A stretch of DNA of 64,000 nucleotides from an uncultured Planctomycetaceae bacterium (GTDB lineage: Bacteria; Planctomycetota; Planctomycetia; Pirellulales; PALSA-1355). Below, piece after piece: positions 10,361 to 22,841 of the stretch. The notes below the pieces were generated by a model. It made no database searches. It was not told the DNA's origin and was given only the letters and a program-made list of their open reading frames with translations. Position 1 is the first letter of the stretch; every line of letters begins with the position of its first letter. Location of the stretch: contig CAWAUV010000007.1 of assembly GCA_963785305.1 (NCBI GenBank), positions 1,216,001 through 1,280,000 on the forward strand. The letters run 5' to 3'. A program made the translations under genes and the position numbers.

Positions 10361-12786
10361 ATGATGGTTGAAAATGCAGTTTTGGATAACATTCCCGCGG
10401 ACATGCAGGAGCTGAAAAAATCGGACAAACCGTTGTCGCCCGATCTACTTCGCAAGATCAACGCCTATTGGCGGGCCGCCAATTATCTCTCGGTCGGCCA
10501 GATCTACCTCTATGACAACCCCCTGCTGCGTGAACCGCTGAAGCTGTCGCACGTAAAACCGCTGGTGGTCGCGCATTGGGGCACGACCCCCGGTCAGAAC
10601 TTCATCTACGTGCATTTGAATCGGGTCATCAAAAAATATGACCTGGATATGTTCTACGTCGCCGGTCCCGGGCACGGCGGCCCGGCGATCGTGGGCAATG
10701 TCTACCTCGAAGGCACCTGGAGCGAGATATATCCCAACGTCGGCCAGGACGAAGCCGGTCTGAAGAAACTGTTCAAGCAGTTCTCGTTTCCCGGCGGCAT
10801 ATCGAGTCATGTCGCGCCGACGACGCCCGGTTCGATCCACGAAGGCGGCGAGTTGGGCTACTCGCTCAGCCATGCCTTCGGTGCCGCGTTCGACAATCCC
10901 GAGTTGATCGTCGCCTGCGTCGTTGGCGACGGCGAGTCGGAAACCGGTCCCTTGGCCACCGCATGGCAGTCGAACAAGTTTCTCAATCCAATTTCCGACG
11001 GCGCCGTGCTGCCGATTTTGCATCTCAATGGCTTCAAGATCAGCAACCCGACCGTATTGGCCCGGATCGAGCACGAAGAATTAGAACGGTTTTTCGAAGG
11101 CTGCGGCTGGACGCCGCACTTCGTCGAGGGGCACGACCCGGAAAAAATGCATCAACTCATGGCCTTCACCTTGGAAAAGGCCATCGAGGACATCCGGCAA
11201 ATCCAAAAGAATGCCCGCCACAACAACGACGCCACGCGTCCGCGCTGGCCCATGATCGTGCTGAAGTCGCCCAAGGGCTGGACGGGGCCAAAATTCGTCG
11301 ATGGCTTGCAAGTCGAGGGGACCTTCCGAGCGCACCAGGTGCCGCTCCTGGTGGATCCCGAGCATCCGGAGCATATTCAGCAGCTTGAAAGCTGGATGCG
11401 AAGCTACAAGGCCGAGGAGCTGTTCGACGCCAATGGCCGCCTGAACGCGGAATTGGCCGAGCTGGCGCCGAAGGGCAACCGGCGGATGGGCGCCAATCCG
11501 CACGCCAACGGCGGAATTCTGCTGCGAGATCTACGCATGCCGGATTTCCACCAGCACGCGGTCCATGTGCCGTCGCCGGGCGCCGTCAACGGCCAAGACA
11601 CGCTCGTGCTCGGCAAGTTCTTGCGCGACGTGGCCAAATTGAATCAAGATCAGCGGAATTTCCGCCTGTTCGGTCCCGATGAAACACTCTCGAATCTCTT
11701 GGGCGCGGTGTTCGAAGTCACCAATCGTCAGTGGGAAGCTCGCGAAGTCAAAAACGACGAGTTCCTCGCCCCCGCCGGACAAGTGTTGGATTCGATGCTC
11801 AGCGAGCATCAGTGCGAGGGTTGGCTCGAAGGCTATCTGCTCACCGGCCGACACGGGCTCTTCAATAGCTACGAGGCGTTCATTCGCATCATCGACTCGA
11901 TGTTCAGCCAGCACGCCAAGTGGCTGAAGGTCACATCGGAACTACCCTGGCGGCGCAAGATTTCGTCGCTGAACTTTATTCTCGCCTCTCACGTCTGGCA
12001 GCAGGATCACAATGGCTTCACGCACCAGGATCCCGGCTTCCTCGATCACGTGGTCAACAAAACAGCCACGTTCGTCCGCTGCTACCTCCCGCCGGACGCC
12101 AACTGCCTGCTATCGGTCTTCGATCATTGCCTGCGCAGTCGGAATTATGTCAACGTGGTCGTGGCCGGGAAGCATCCTCTGCCGCAATGGCTGACCATGG
12201 ATCAGGCCATTGTGCATTGCACGGAAGGCATTGGCATTGGCAATGGGCCAGCAACGATCAGAACTCCGAACCGGATATCGTCATGGCCAGTTGTGGCGAC
12301 ACGCCCACGCTGGAGAGTCTGGCGGCCGTTTCCATCCTTCGTCAGCATCTGCCTGACTTGAAGATTCGCGTGATCAATGTCGTTGATCTCATGAAGCTGC
12401 AGCCCCAGAGCGAACACCCGCATGGATTGAGCGAAACGGATTACGACCTGCTGTTCACCAAGGACAAGCATGTTGTCTTCGCCTTTCATGGCTACCCCGG
12501 CCTGGTGCATCGCTTGACCTACCGCCGCGCCAACCGCAACCTGCACGTCCGAGGTTACAAGGAGGAAGGCACGATCACGACGGCCTTCGATATGCGCGTG
12601 CAGAACGATTTGGACCGCTTTCACCTGGTGCAAGACGTGGTGGAACGCCTGCCGCATTTGGGCTCGAAAGGCTCCTATCTAAAGCAACAGATGCAGGACA
12701 AGCTCATCGAGCACAAGCATTACATCGACGAGCACGGTCAGGACATGCCCGAAATCCGCAACTGGAAATGGAGCAATACCCCATGA
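10361..12786 (+). CDS. xfp: Xylulose-5-P/fructose-6-P phosphoketolase (frameshift ~12238)
   Basis: [59 protein letters not shown]. Adding one T restores GIGIWQWAS and joins the C-terminal ORF. Confidence 0.95.
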
Positions 12787-13809
12787 ACTGCGCAAGAGCT
12801 CACGGACACCGCGCGAGCGCTGGTCGCCGACGACAAGGGGCTGCTGGCAATGGATGAAAGCAACCCGACCTGCAATAAGCGCTTCGCCAAACTGGGCATT
12901 CCCCAGACCGAAGAGGCCCGGCGCGACTATCGGGAGTTGATCATGACCACTCCCGGCCTCGGCGAATTCATCAGCGGCGCGATTCTCTATGACGAGACGT
13001 TCTGGCAAAAAAAGAAAGACGGGACTTCCTTCGTCAAAGTCCTTCAAGACGCCGGCGTGATTCCCGGCATTAAAGTCGACATCGGCGCCAAGGAGCTCGC
13101 GGCTCATCCTGGCGAGAAGATCACCGATGGTCTCGACGGATTGCGCGGCCGGCTCAAGGAGTATTTTCAAAAGGGCGCCCGCTTCGCCAAGTGGCGGGCG
13201 GTGATTTCGCCGGGCGATGGTCTTCCCAGCCGAGGGTGCGTCGAAGGCAACGCGCAAGCGCTCGCTCGCTATGCCGGGTTGTGCCAGGAAGCTGGGATCG
13301 TGCCTGTCGTCGAGCCGGAAGTGCTCATGATCGGCGCCCATGCCATGCAGCGGTGTCGCGAGGTCACGGAAGAAGTCCTGCGAACGGTTTTCGATCAGCT
13401 TTACACGCAGCGCGTGATGCTCGAGGGCATGGTCCTCAAGCCCAACATGGTGCTGCCTGGACTGACTTGCCCTGGGCAAGAAACCGTCGACCAGGTGGCC
13501 GACGCCACGGTGCATTGTATGTTGCGAGCCGTGCCCGCCGCCGTTCCGGCGATCGCCTTTCTATCTGGCGGCCAGTCCGCGGAGCTGGCATCGGCTCGCT
13601 TGAACGCGATGAATGTTCGCTTCAAGTCGCGAATGCCCTGGGCGTTGGCGTTTTCGTTTGCCCGCGCGATTCAACAGCCGGCTCTGGAAGTCTGGCAAGG
13701 CAAGGCGGCGAACGCGCGGGCGGCGCAGCAAGCTCTGTTTCATCGTGCCCGTTGCAACAGGGCGGCTCGGCGTGGCGAATACAAGGCCGCGATGGAGCGT
13801 GATCGGTAG
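12783..13809 (+). CDS. fba: Class I fructose-bisphosphate aldolase (extra base just after the ATG)
   Basis: ATGA overlap with the xfp stop. [44 protein letters not shown]. Confidence 0.93.
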
Positions 13810-13880
13810 CGCGAGCGGAGCCGCGCCGCCGATGCTCCGTCGCATGTCTCCACGACGACTCAACCCAACGGAAATCAGCC

Positions 13881-14664
13881 ATGCGTCGAAAATTCATCGT
13901 CGGCAACTGGAAGATGCACACCAACACGGCCGAGGCCGAAAAGTTGGCCAAGGGCATTGCCGATGGCATGGACATTCAAGACGGCGTTTCCGTCGCGGTT
14001 TGTCCGCCGTTTCCCTATCTCGCCCTTGTTGGAGAGATTCTCAAGAACAGCCGCGTCGCGCTGGGGGCCCAAAATCTCTTTCCCGAAAACGAGGGCGCTT
14101 TCACCGGCGAGGTAAGCCCCGCGATGCTCCTCGATCTCGGCTGCAAATACGTGATCCTCGGACATAGCGAGCGGCGGCAAAAACTGGGCGAATCCGATAC
14201 ATTCATCAACCAAAAGGTTCGGTTCGCCCTCGCCGCCGGCCTGCACGTGATCCTCTGCGTCGGCGAGACCCTGGAGCAACGGAAGGCCAACCAGACCGAA
14301 ACGGTGCTCGACCTGCAAGTCACGCGGGGATTGGCCGGCGTGTCGGCCGCGACGTTGCCCCGCTTGAGCCTTGCCTACGAGCCGCTCTGGGCGATCGGCG
14401 AGCACGGACAACACGCCACGCCTCGGCAGGCGCGGGATTCGCACACCATCATTCGCCGCTGCTTTAGTCGGATTTTTGATGAGCAATCGGCGCGGCGCTT
14501 GTCATCCAGTACGGAGGCAGCGTCAAACCAGAGAACGCCGCGGCGCTGCTTGGCGGCAACGGCATCGATGGCGCCCTGGTCGGCGGCGCCAGCCTAAATG
14601 CCGAACCATTCCTGGCCATCATACGAGCCGGCGCCAGCGCGTCGCAAACCGCGGGAGAACCCGG

Positions 14665-14668
<4 letters not shown>
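13881..14668 (+). CDS. tpiA: Triosephosphate isomerase (frameshift ~14495)
   Basis: [28 protein letters not shown]. The second frame gives YGGSVKPEN and [10 protein letters not shown], ending at TGA 14668. Confidence 0.94.
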
Positions 14669-16292
<1,624 letters not shown>

Positions 16293-16369
16293 ACCAGATC
16301 AAGACATCACGAAGCGTGATCGCTTCGGATCGATGAACGAACCCGATAGAAAGGTCACGGGATAATTCC

Positions 16370-19162
16370 ATGACGGCGCCCGAACACGCAACCGATAATA
16401 AGCCCGGGCAGAAGCCCGCGGCGAAGGACGATTTGAAAACCTTGCCCATGGCGGAGGTGGAGAAGAAATTGAACTCGTCGCCCGATGGCCTCACCGATGC
16501 CGAGGCGAAGAAACGGCTGGCGCAATATGGCCCCAACGAGCTCAAATCAAAGAAGACCAATCTGCTCCTGAAATTCCTCGGCTACTTTTGGGGTCCCATC
16601 CCGTGGATGATTGAAGCGGCGGTGATCCTTTCGGGGGTGGCCCAGCATTGGTCCGACTTCGGCATCATCCTCCTTCTGCTGTTTACCAACGCCATAGTCG
16701 GATTCTGGGAGGAACGCCAGGCGGGCAACGAGATCGCTGCCCTGAAGGCGAAGCTGGCGATCAAGGCCAGGGTCCAACGGGATGGGAAGTGGATCAACCC
16801 GCCGGCGCGTGAGCTGGTGCCGGGCGACGTCATCCGTCTGCGGCTGGGCGACATCGTGCCGGCCGACGCGCGCTTGCTGGACGGCGACGAGGTGTCGGTC
16901 GATCAGTCCGCGCTGACGGGCGAGTCATTGCCCGCCACGCGAAAACCCGGCCAAGCGGTATTTTCCGGTTCCATCATGCGTCGTGGTGAAATCGGCGCAC
17001 TGGTCTATGCCACGGGCGCCGACACCTACTTCGGCAAGACGGCACAACTGGCGCAGGAGGCGCAATCCGTCAGCCATTTTCAAAAGGCCGTGCTGAAGAT
17101 CGGCAATTACCTGATCGTCCTCGCGGCAGTGCTCGTTTCGGTGATTATTGCCGTCGCGATCTACCGGGGCGATCCGATCCTCGACACGTTACAGTTCGCC
17201 CTGGTACTGACCGTGGCCGCGATTCCCGTGGCGATGCCGACGGTCTTGTCGGTGACGATGGCTGTCGGCGCGCGCCTGCTCGCCAAGAAAAAGGCGGTTG
17301 TGAGCCGGTTGGTGGCCATCGAGGAATTGGCGGGCGTCGACGTGCTGTGCGCGGACAAGACCGGCACGCTGACGCAGAACAAGCTGACGCTAGGCGATCC
17401 GTTCACCGTTAACGGCATCTCCGCCGACAAGGTCATTCTTGCCGGCGCCCTGGCTTCGCGCAAGGATGACAACGACACCATTGATCTAGCCGTCCTGGGC
17501 GGCGTGAAGGACGACACGACCTTGAAGGGCTATACCGCGGTTCATTTTGTGCCGTTCGACCCGGTTCATAAGCGCACGGAAGCCACCGTCAAGGGCGCGG
17601 ATGGAAAGGAGTTCAAGGTAACCAAGGGTGCGCCTCAGGTAATTGTGGCACTGGCGGCCAATGCCGGACAGGTGAAGCCCGCCGTCGACAAGGCGGTCAA
17701 TGACTTCGCCGCGCGCGGCTTTCGTTCCTTGGGAGTGGCGCGGGACGACGGAGACGGGAAATGGCAATTTCTCGGTGTGTTGCCGCTTTTCGATCCGCCG
17801 CGTGACGACGCCAAGTCAACCGTCGCGGAGGCTGGCAAGATGGGCGTCAAGGTCAAGATGGTCACGGGCGATCAGTTGGCCATCGCCAAGGAGACCGCCA
17901 AGAAGTTGGACATGGGCGCCAATATCCTCGATGCCGCGAGTTTGGGCGACTCGAAGAAGGAAGAGACCGCGAAGGTGGGCGAGTCCATCGAGAAAGCCGA
18001 CGGTTTCGCCCAGGTGTTCCCCGAACACAAATTCCACATTATCGACGTTCTGCAAAAACGCGGCCACTTCGTCGGCATGACGGGCGACGGCGTGAATGAC
18101 GCCCCCGCACTGAAGAAGGCCGACTGCGGCATCGCTGTTTCCAGCGCGACGGACGCGGCCCGCGCGGCGGCATCCATCGTGCTGCTCACGCCCGGCCTGT
18201 CGGTGATCATCGACGCAATCAAGGAGAGTCGGAAGATTGTCCAGCGGATGAACAGCTATGCGATCTACCGCATCGCCGAAACGCTGCGCGTGCTGCTCTT
18301 CATGACGCTGGCGATCCTGATCTTCAACTTCTATCCAGTGACCGCGATCATGATCGTGATGATCGCGTTGCTCAACGACGGCGCCATCCTATCCATCGCC
18401 TATGACAACGTTCATTACAAGATGAAGCCCGAGGCTTGGAACATGCGCCTGGTGCTGGCCATTTCCACGGTGCTGGGTCTGGTCGGCCCCGTGGCCGCGT
18501 TTGTCCTGTTCTACCTTGGCGATAAGAATATCCTTGGGGGCTTCCTCCCCCGGATCGACCGCGCGGTCATCCAGACACTGATGTACCTGATGCTGTCCGT
18601 GGCCGGACACCTGACGATATTCCTGACGCGCATGCGCGGCCCCTTCTGGTCCATAGCCCCCGCGCCGATCCTGTGGATTGCGGTTTTCGGCACGCAGACC
18701 GTTGCGACCCTGATTGCGCTTTTTGGCTTCGGGCTTATGGAACCACTCCCCTGGAAATGGGCACTGTTCGTGTGGGTGTATGCTCTGTCCTGGGCCCTCG
18801 TGACAGACCAGGTGAAACTCCTCGGCTATCGGATTTTGGATTACACCAATGCGCAGGCCACGTCGGAAGCCAGAGCCACGCGTAAGACCGAAGGCAAAAC
18901 CAAGGCCAACTCGGACACCAAAAACGACGCTAAGCCTGACGCTAAGGCCGCTCCGAAGCCCGAAGCCAAAGCCGAGGCGAATCCAGATGGCAAGGCCGAA
19001 CCGAAGCCAGAAGCCAAAGCCGAGGACTCGTCCGATTTGACGCCGCGGATCGCCGCGCGGGCCTACGATCTCTTCGAGCAGCGAGTCCATGGTCAAAGCC
19101 AAGCGGATCAAGATTGGCTCTCGGCGGAGCGAGAGACTCGGGGAAAGCCGACTCTCAAGTAG
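16370..19162 (+). CDS. Plasma-membrane-type (P3A) H+-exporting P-type ATPase with Lys/Pro/Ala/Glu linker and C-terminal DUF2934-like domain
   Basis: FWGPIPWMIEAA, DQSALTGES, IPVAMP, DKTGTLT, PFDPVHKRT, KGAPQ, MTGDGVNDAPALK, and the M6 ALLND motif characteristic of P3A pumps. Confidence 0.92.
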   Translation: MTAPEHATDNKPGQKPAAKDDLKTLPMAEVEKKLNSSPDGLTDAEAKKRLAQYGPNELKSKKTNLLLKFLGYFWGPIPWMIEAAVILSGVAQHWSDFGIILLLLFTNAIVGFWEERQAGNEIAALKAKLAIKARVQRDGKWINPPARELVPGDVIRLRLGDIVPADARLLDGDEVSVDQSALTGESLPATRKPGQAVFSGSIMRRGEIGALVYATGADTYFGKTAQLAQEAQSVSHFQKAVLKIGNYLIVLAAVLVSVIIAVAIYRGDPILDTLQFALVLTVAAIPVAMPTVLSVTMAVGARLLAKKKAVVSRLVAIEELAGVDVLCADKTGTLTQNKLTLGDPFTVNGISADKVILAGALASRKDDNDTIDLAVLGGVKDDTTLKGYTAVHFVPFDPVHKRTEATVKGADGKEFKVTKGAPQVIVALAANAGQVKPAVDKAVNDFAARGFRSLGVARDDGDGKWQFLGVLPLFDPPRDDAKSTVAEAGKMGVKVKMVTGDQLAIAKETAKKLDMGANILDAASLGDSKKEETAKVGESIEKADGFAQVFPEHKFHIIDVLQKRGHFVGMTGDGVNDAPALKKADCGIAVSSATDAARAAASIVLLTPGLSVIIDAIKESRKIVQRMNSYAIYRIAETLRVLLFMTLAILIFNFYPVTAIMIVMIALLNDGAILSIAYDNVHYKMKPEAWNMRLVLAISTVLGLVGPVAAFVLFYLGDKNILGGFLPRIDRAVIQTLMYLMLSVAGHLTIFLTRMRGPFWSIAPAPILWIAVFGTQTVATLIALFGFGLMEPLPWKWALFVWVYALSWALVTDQVKLLGYRILDYTNAQATSEARATRKTEGKTKANSDTKNDAKPDAKAAPKPEAKAEANPDGKAEPKPEAKAEDSSDLTPRIAARAYDLFEQRVHGQSQADQDWLSAERETRGKPTLK

Positions 19163-19269
19163 TCCGCGAATCGAGTTGCAAACCGTCGCGAATCAAACGG
19201 ACATACGGACCGCGAATTTAAAGCCATCGACCTAAACCACCAGCCAATACTCTTTTAAGGAATGATTTC

Positions 19270-19666
19270 ATGAAGAAAAAAGAACGAGCCGATTTCGAGG
19301 CGCGTTTGCTCGATGTCCGTAAACGGCTGCTGCGGGAGGTCGAAATGGCCGAAGAAGCCCTCCGCGAGGACGTGGTGAAGCCGGGCGACATAACGAGCGT
19401 GCCCACGCATCCGGCCGACCAAGACGTTGAGGGATTGGACGCCGAAATTGCGATTGCTCGCAACGAAGAGTTTCTGCTGGAGCAGGTAGACGCGGCCTTG
19501 GAGCGAATGCGGGCCGGAAGGTTCGGGGTTTGCGCGGTGCGGACAAACCATCGATCACGAGCGCCTCCAGGCGGTTCCCTATGCGTCGCATTGCATTGAT
19601 TGCGCCCGCGTCCAGAACGACGAAGTCGAAAAACCGGCGCGCGGCGAACCGCGACGCTTCCGCTGA
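19270..19666 (+). CDS. TraR/DksA C4 zinc-finger protein (frameshift ~19535)
   Basis: Coiled coil with HPADQD, then GRFGVC..CGQTIDHERLQAVPYASHCIDC after the frame change. Confidence 0.85.
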
Positions 19667-19789
19667 GCTTGCGCGAGCGCCGGTCGGCGGGACGGCGTGG
19701 ACGGAGGCGACGCCGCAGCGTCTGGGCCTGGGCTCGACCTCGCGGCCGCTCGGCGAGGGCCGGCGGCCGTAGCGAAAATCGTCCTGGCC

Positions 19790-20054
19790 CGAGATTACCA
19801 TGCGACCGGCCTGGGAAGCCGGTTTCTCGACGATCCGCGGCACACGCTGGCGGCCGATTGAAAAGTGAGCCACAACGCTTCCGAACGCTCGAAACGCTGC
19901 CCGAGGGCCAGCCCTATCGCCGAGCGTTGCTGACGGTCTCTTCCGCTATGCCGTTGTCTTCGAGATGCTCGCCGACGAAATCCTGGTCATCGCAATCTGT
20001 CATACCAGCCGCGAGCCGAATTACTGGCTGTCTCGGCATGAGACCGATTCTTGA
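19790..20054 (+). pseudogene. Degenerate RelE/ParE-family toxin
   Basis: Fragments GLGSRFLD, PQRF, YRRALL and FRYAVVFEMLADEILVIAICHTSREPNYWLSR* spread across frames with no start and no antitoxin. Confidence 0.7.
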
Positions 20055-20328
20055 ATCCTTAATAAACCCCTCGCAGCCGATCAATCGGCATCCCCTGTTT
20101 AATCAGGAGTGTCCATATTTCATGACGCGTTTTGCGTTTCTGTGCCATGAAGAGGAAGGGAGCGTGCGAGACGTAATAGAACGACACGATACGATGCCGC
20201 TTGCAAAGGTACATCCGCTTCTTTTCCCTCTGTTGATCTGCAGTGAGCCCGCATGGGTGTTTCCGATGGATGCTTTGTGAGGTGGACCCCGTTTTTCGGA
20301 CCACGGGGGCGGGTTTCTTAGATGGTGG

Positions 20329-21168
20329 TCAGCGAGGCGTTCGACGATTGCCGCGGTAGGTTTCCCAGGGCGTGCGGTTGGCCAGGCCCTGGTGAGGTCG
20401 CTCGTGGCAGTAATAGTTAAAGTACGCGCTCAGTCCTTCATGACAATCGGTTCCCGTCGTGTACTCCTTGAGGTAGATGTTCTCGTATTTCACCGTTCGC
20501 CATAGCCGCTCGATCATCACGTTGTCGATGGCTCGGCCTTTGCCGTCCATGCTGATGGCGATCGACTCCCGCTGCAGCCGCTCGGTAAATTGTCCGCTGG
20601 TGAACTGCGAGCCCTGGTCGGTGTTGAATATCTCCGGCCGTCCATGACGGAGCGCTCCTTCCAACGCTTCCAGACAGAACTCGACATCCATGCTGTTCGA
20701 CAACTGCCAGGCCAGCACATAGCGGCTGAACCAATCCATCACGGCCGTCAGGTACAAGTAGCCACGCCGCATCGGCACATAGGTGATGTCGCAGGCCCAG
20801 ACCTGGTTCGGACGCACGATCTCCACGCCTCGCAACAAATACGGATAGACCTTGTGGCCAGCGGCCCGCCGGGTCGTGTTCGGCCGCGGGGCCAGCGACT
20901 GCAGGCCCATTTTCCGCAGCAATCGCTGCATTTTCTTGCGATTCACCACCTCGTCTTGTCGCGCCAGATGCAGCACCATGCCCCGGCTTCCCAGATGCGG
21001 ATGCCGCAAATATTCTTCATCGATCAGACGCATCAACCGTAGCTCGTCGGCGCTCTCGGGTACGGGCTCGTAATAGAGGTTCGACCGATGAAGTCCCAAC
21101 AGCTCGCACTGCCGACGCACGCTCAAGCCGCCGGCGTCGGGCTCGATCCAGCTTCGCCGCTCAGCCAC
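20329..21168 (-). CDS. IS3 transposase OrfB (DDE)
   Basis: WACDITY, FNTDQGSQF, DNVMIERLWRTVKYE. Confidence 0.95.
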   Translation of the reverse strand: MAERRSWIEPDAGGLSVRRQCELLGLHRSNLYYEPVPESADELRLMRLIDEEYLRHPHLGSRGMVLHLARQDEVVNRKKMQRLLRKMGLQSLAPRPNTTRRAAGHKVYPYLLRGVEIVRPNQVWACDITYVPMRRGYLYLTAVMDWFSRYVLAWQLSNSMDVEFCLEALEGALRHGRPEIFNTDQGSQFTSGQFTERLQRESIAISMDGKGRAIDNVMIERLWRTVKYENIYLKEYTTGTDCHEGLSAYFNYYCHERPHQGLANRTPWETYRGNRRTPR

Positions 21169-21454
21169 CGTTCTCGGCCACTTTTTTTTTGAGCCAATCC
21201 AGTTCGATCTTCAGCCGACCGATCTGCTCGTAAAGCTCCGCTGCGCTCGGCTCGTCCGTCGGCGCCTTCTTCGCCGAGGGCGACTCGAACACGCCCGCCG
21301 CTCCCTCCTGGAGCTGCTTCTTCCAGAGCGCGATCTGCGTCGGATGCACCTTGTGCAACGCCGCCAGCTCACTCACCGTCTTCAGGCCACGCATCGCATC
21401 CAAGGCAACCTTGGCCTTGAAAGACCCATCGAACAATCGTCGCTTCCGAGGCAT
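21161..21454 (-). CDS. IS3 transposase OrfA (HTH)
   Basis: FKAKVAL...VHPTQI..WKKQL, ELYEQIGRL. A9G slippery site at 21181-21190 for the -1 frameshift into OrfB. Confidence 0.93.
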   Translation of the reverse strand: MPRKRRLFDGSFKAKVALDAMRGLKTVSELAALHKVHPTQIALWKKQLQEGAAGVFESPSAKKAPTDEPSAAELYEQIGRLKIELDWLKKKVAENGG

Positions 21455-21858
21455 CGTTGCTCTCCTAAATGGTTCCCTCCACGAGGCCTCCTTTCTCCCC
21501 GATCCGCCGCCCGCTTTCCATCTATCCCCGTGGTCCGAAAAACGGGATCCACCTCATTGGTCGAAATAGATCATGTACTCCGGTTTAAGTTTTTTGTTGA
21601 TCTTGGCAATGCATCGCAATGGCGCATGGGTAAACGACGCCTTCACATTTTCAGCATCGGGTATGCCTGTGTCGGGGTCGAGTAACAGGCCGTACTTCGT
21701 CTTGGGGAGGTGATCGAGGTCTAGAACGGGGATGGTCGTCAGCTTTGTAAAGCGGTTATGCGACGACGGTCGAATGAATTTCGGGTGGAAGTACAACGGG
21801 GCCACGCACCTAAGCTGCTCTCGCCAGAAACGCTTCACCAAGTCGTACGAGTCGCCCA

Positions 21859-21909
21859 AATACGCGTCTTTCATTAATACGCGTCTTTCATTAATACGCG
21901 TCTTTCATT
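21859..21909. repeat. Three perfect tandem copies of 17 bp (AATACGCGTCTTTCATT)
   Basis: Copies at 21859-21875, 21876-21892 and 21893-21909. Each includes the start codon sequence of the minus-strand gene. Confidence 0.95.
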
Positions 21910-22003
21910 GCGCGCCCCCGTACGTTTCTTCGCTCGCGTCACCTAAATAGGAATTCGGCCATAAAACGGGCGAGTCCCAGCGAAAATTTTAAGGGGTCGG
22001 TTT

Positions 22004-22144
22004 CCATCTGCATTGCTCCGCGAAAAATCTCGTTTGCGGCAGCAGGCCCTCGCTCATGCGTCGGGTTGTGATCGGAGGGCGTTCCCGTCATAACCCGAAG
22101 CGTCAGCGAGGGCTTCCGTGATCCGCCGAGCGCAATGCGTCCAG
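22004..22144. repeat. REP-doublet/MITE-like dispersed repeat, copy 1
   Basis: Internal inverted arms CCCTCGCT.A.GC.TCGGGTT / AACCCGAAGCGTCAGCGAGGG. Near-identical reverse complement of 54535-54677. Confidence 0.85.
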
Positions 22145-22293
22145 ACGCCGTCTGCATTCAAAACGCACGAGCTGAAAACGTACACCAACCCGGCCGCGGC
22201 GTGAATATTCCCTCACGGCCCCATCACGCTGCTCCGGCCGATTCGCTGGTTCCCGCGGCGAGTCGTCTTTACGCGCCGGGCGTGGCGCTTTAG

Positions 22294-22782
<489 letters not shown>

Positions 22783-22841
22783 CTGACACCCTGACCCGGC
22801 GCCCGACCACTCCCCCAACCAGCCCTTTGCTTCGGAGCATC

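Larger units (their letters stand above)
20278..21556 (-). mobile_element. Complete IS3-family element, 1279 bp
   Basis: TG...CA ends, 31-bp inverted repeats TGAGGTGGA(C/T)CCCGTTTTTCGGACCACGGGG with one mismatch, and a 3-bp target duplication TTG (20275-20277, 21557-21559). Confidence 0.96.
20059..21874 (-). pseudogene. 177-aa hypothetical protein interrupted by IS3
   Basis: 5' part 21557-21874 (MKDAYLGDSYD...YFDQ) and 3' part 20059-20274 (SIHRK...RGVY*) join in frame once the IS and one TTG copy are removed. Confidence 0.85.

Noticed and set aside
19165..19217. Three CGCGAAT heptamers upstream of the TraR/DksA gene
   Set aside because: Short, unevenly spaced (22 and 24 bp), and a common word in this genome.
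21859..21909. CRISPR array
   Set aside because: Repeats are contiguous with no spacers, and there are no cas genes. No CRISPR array was found anywhere in the window.
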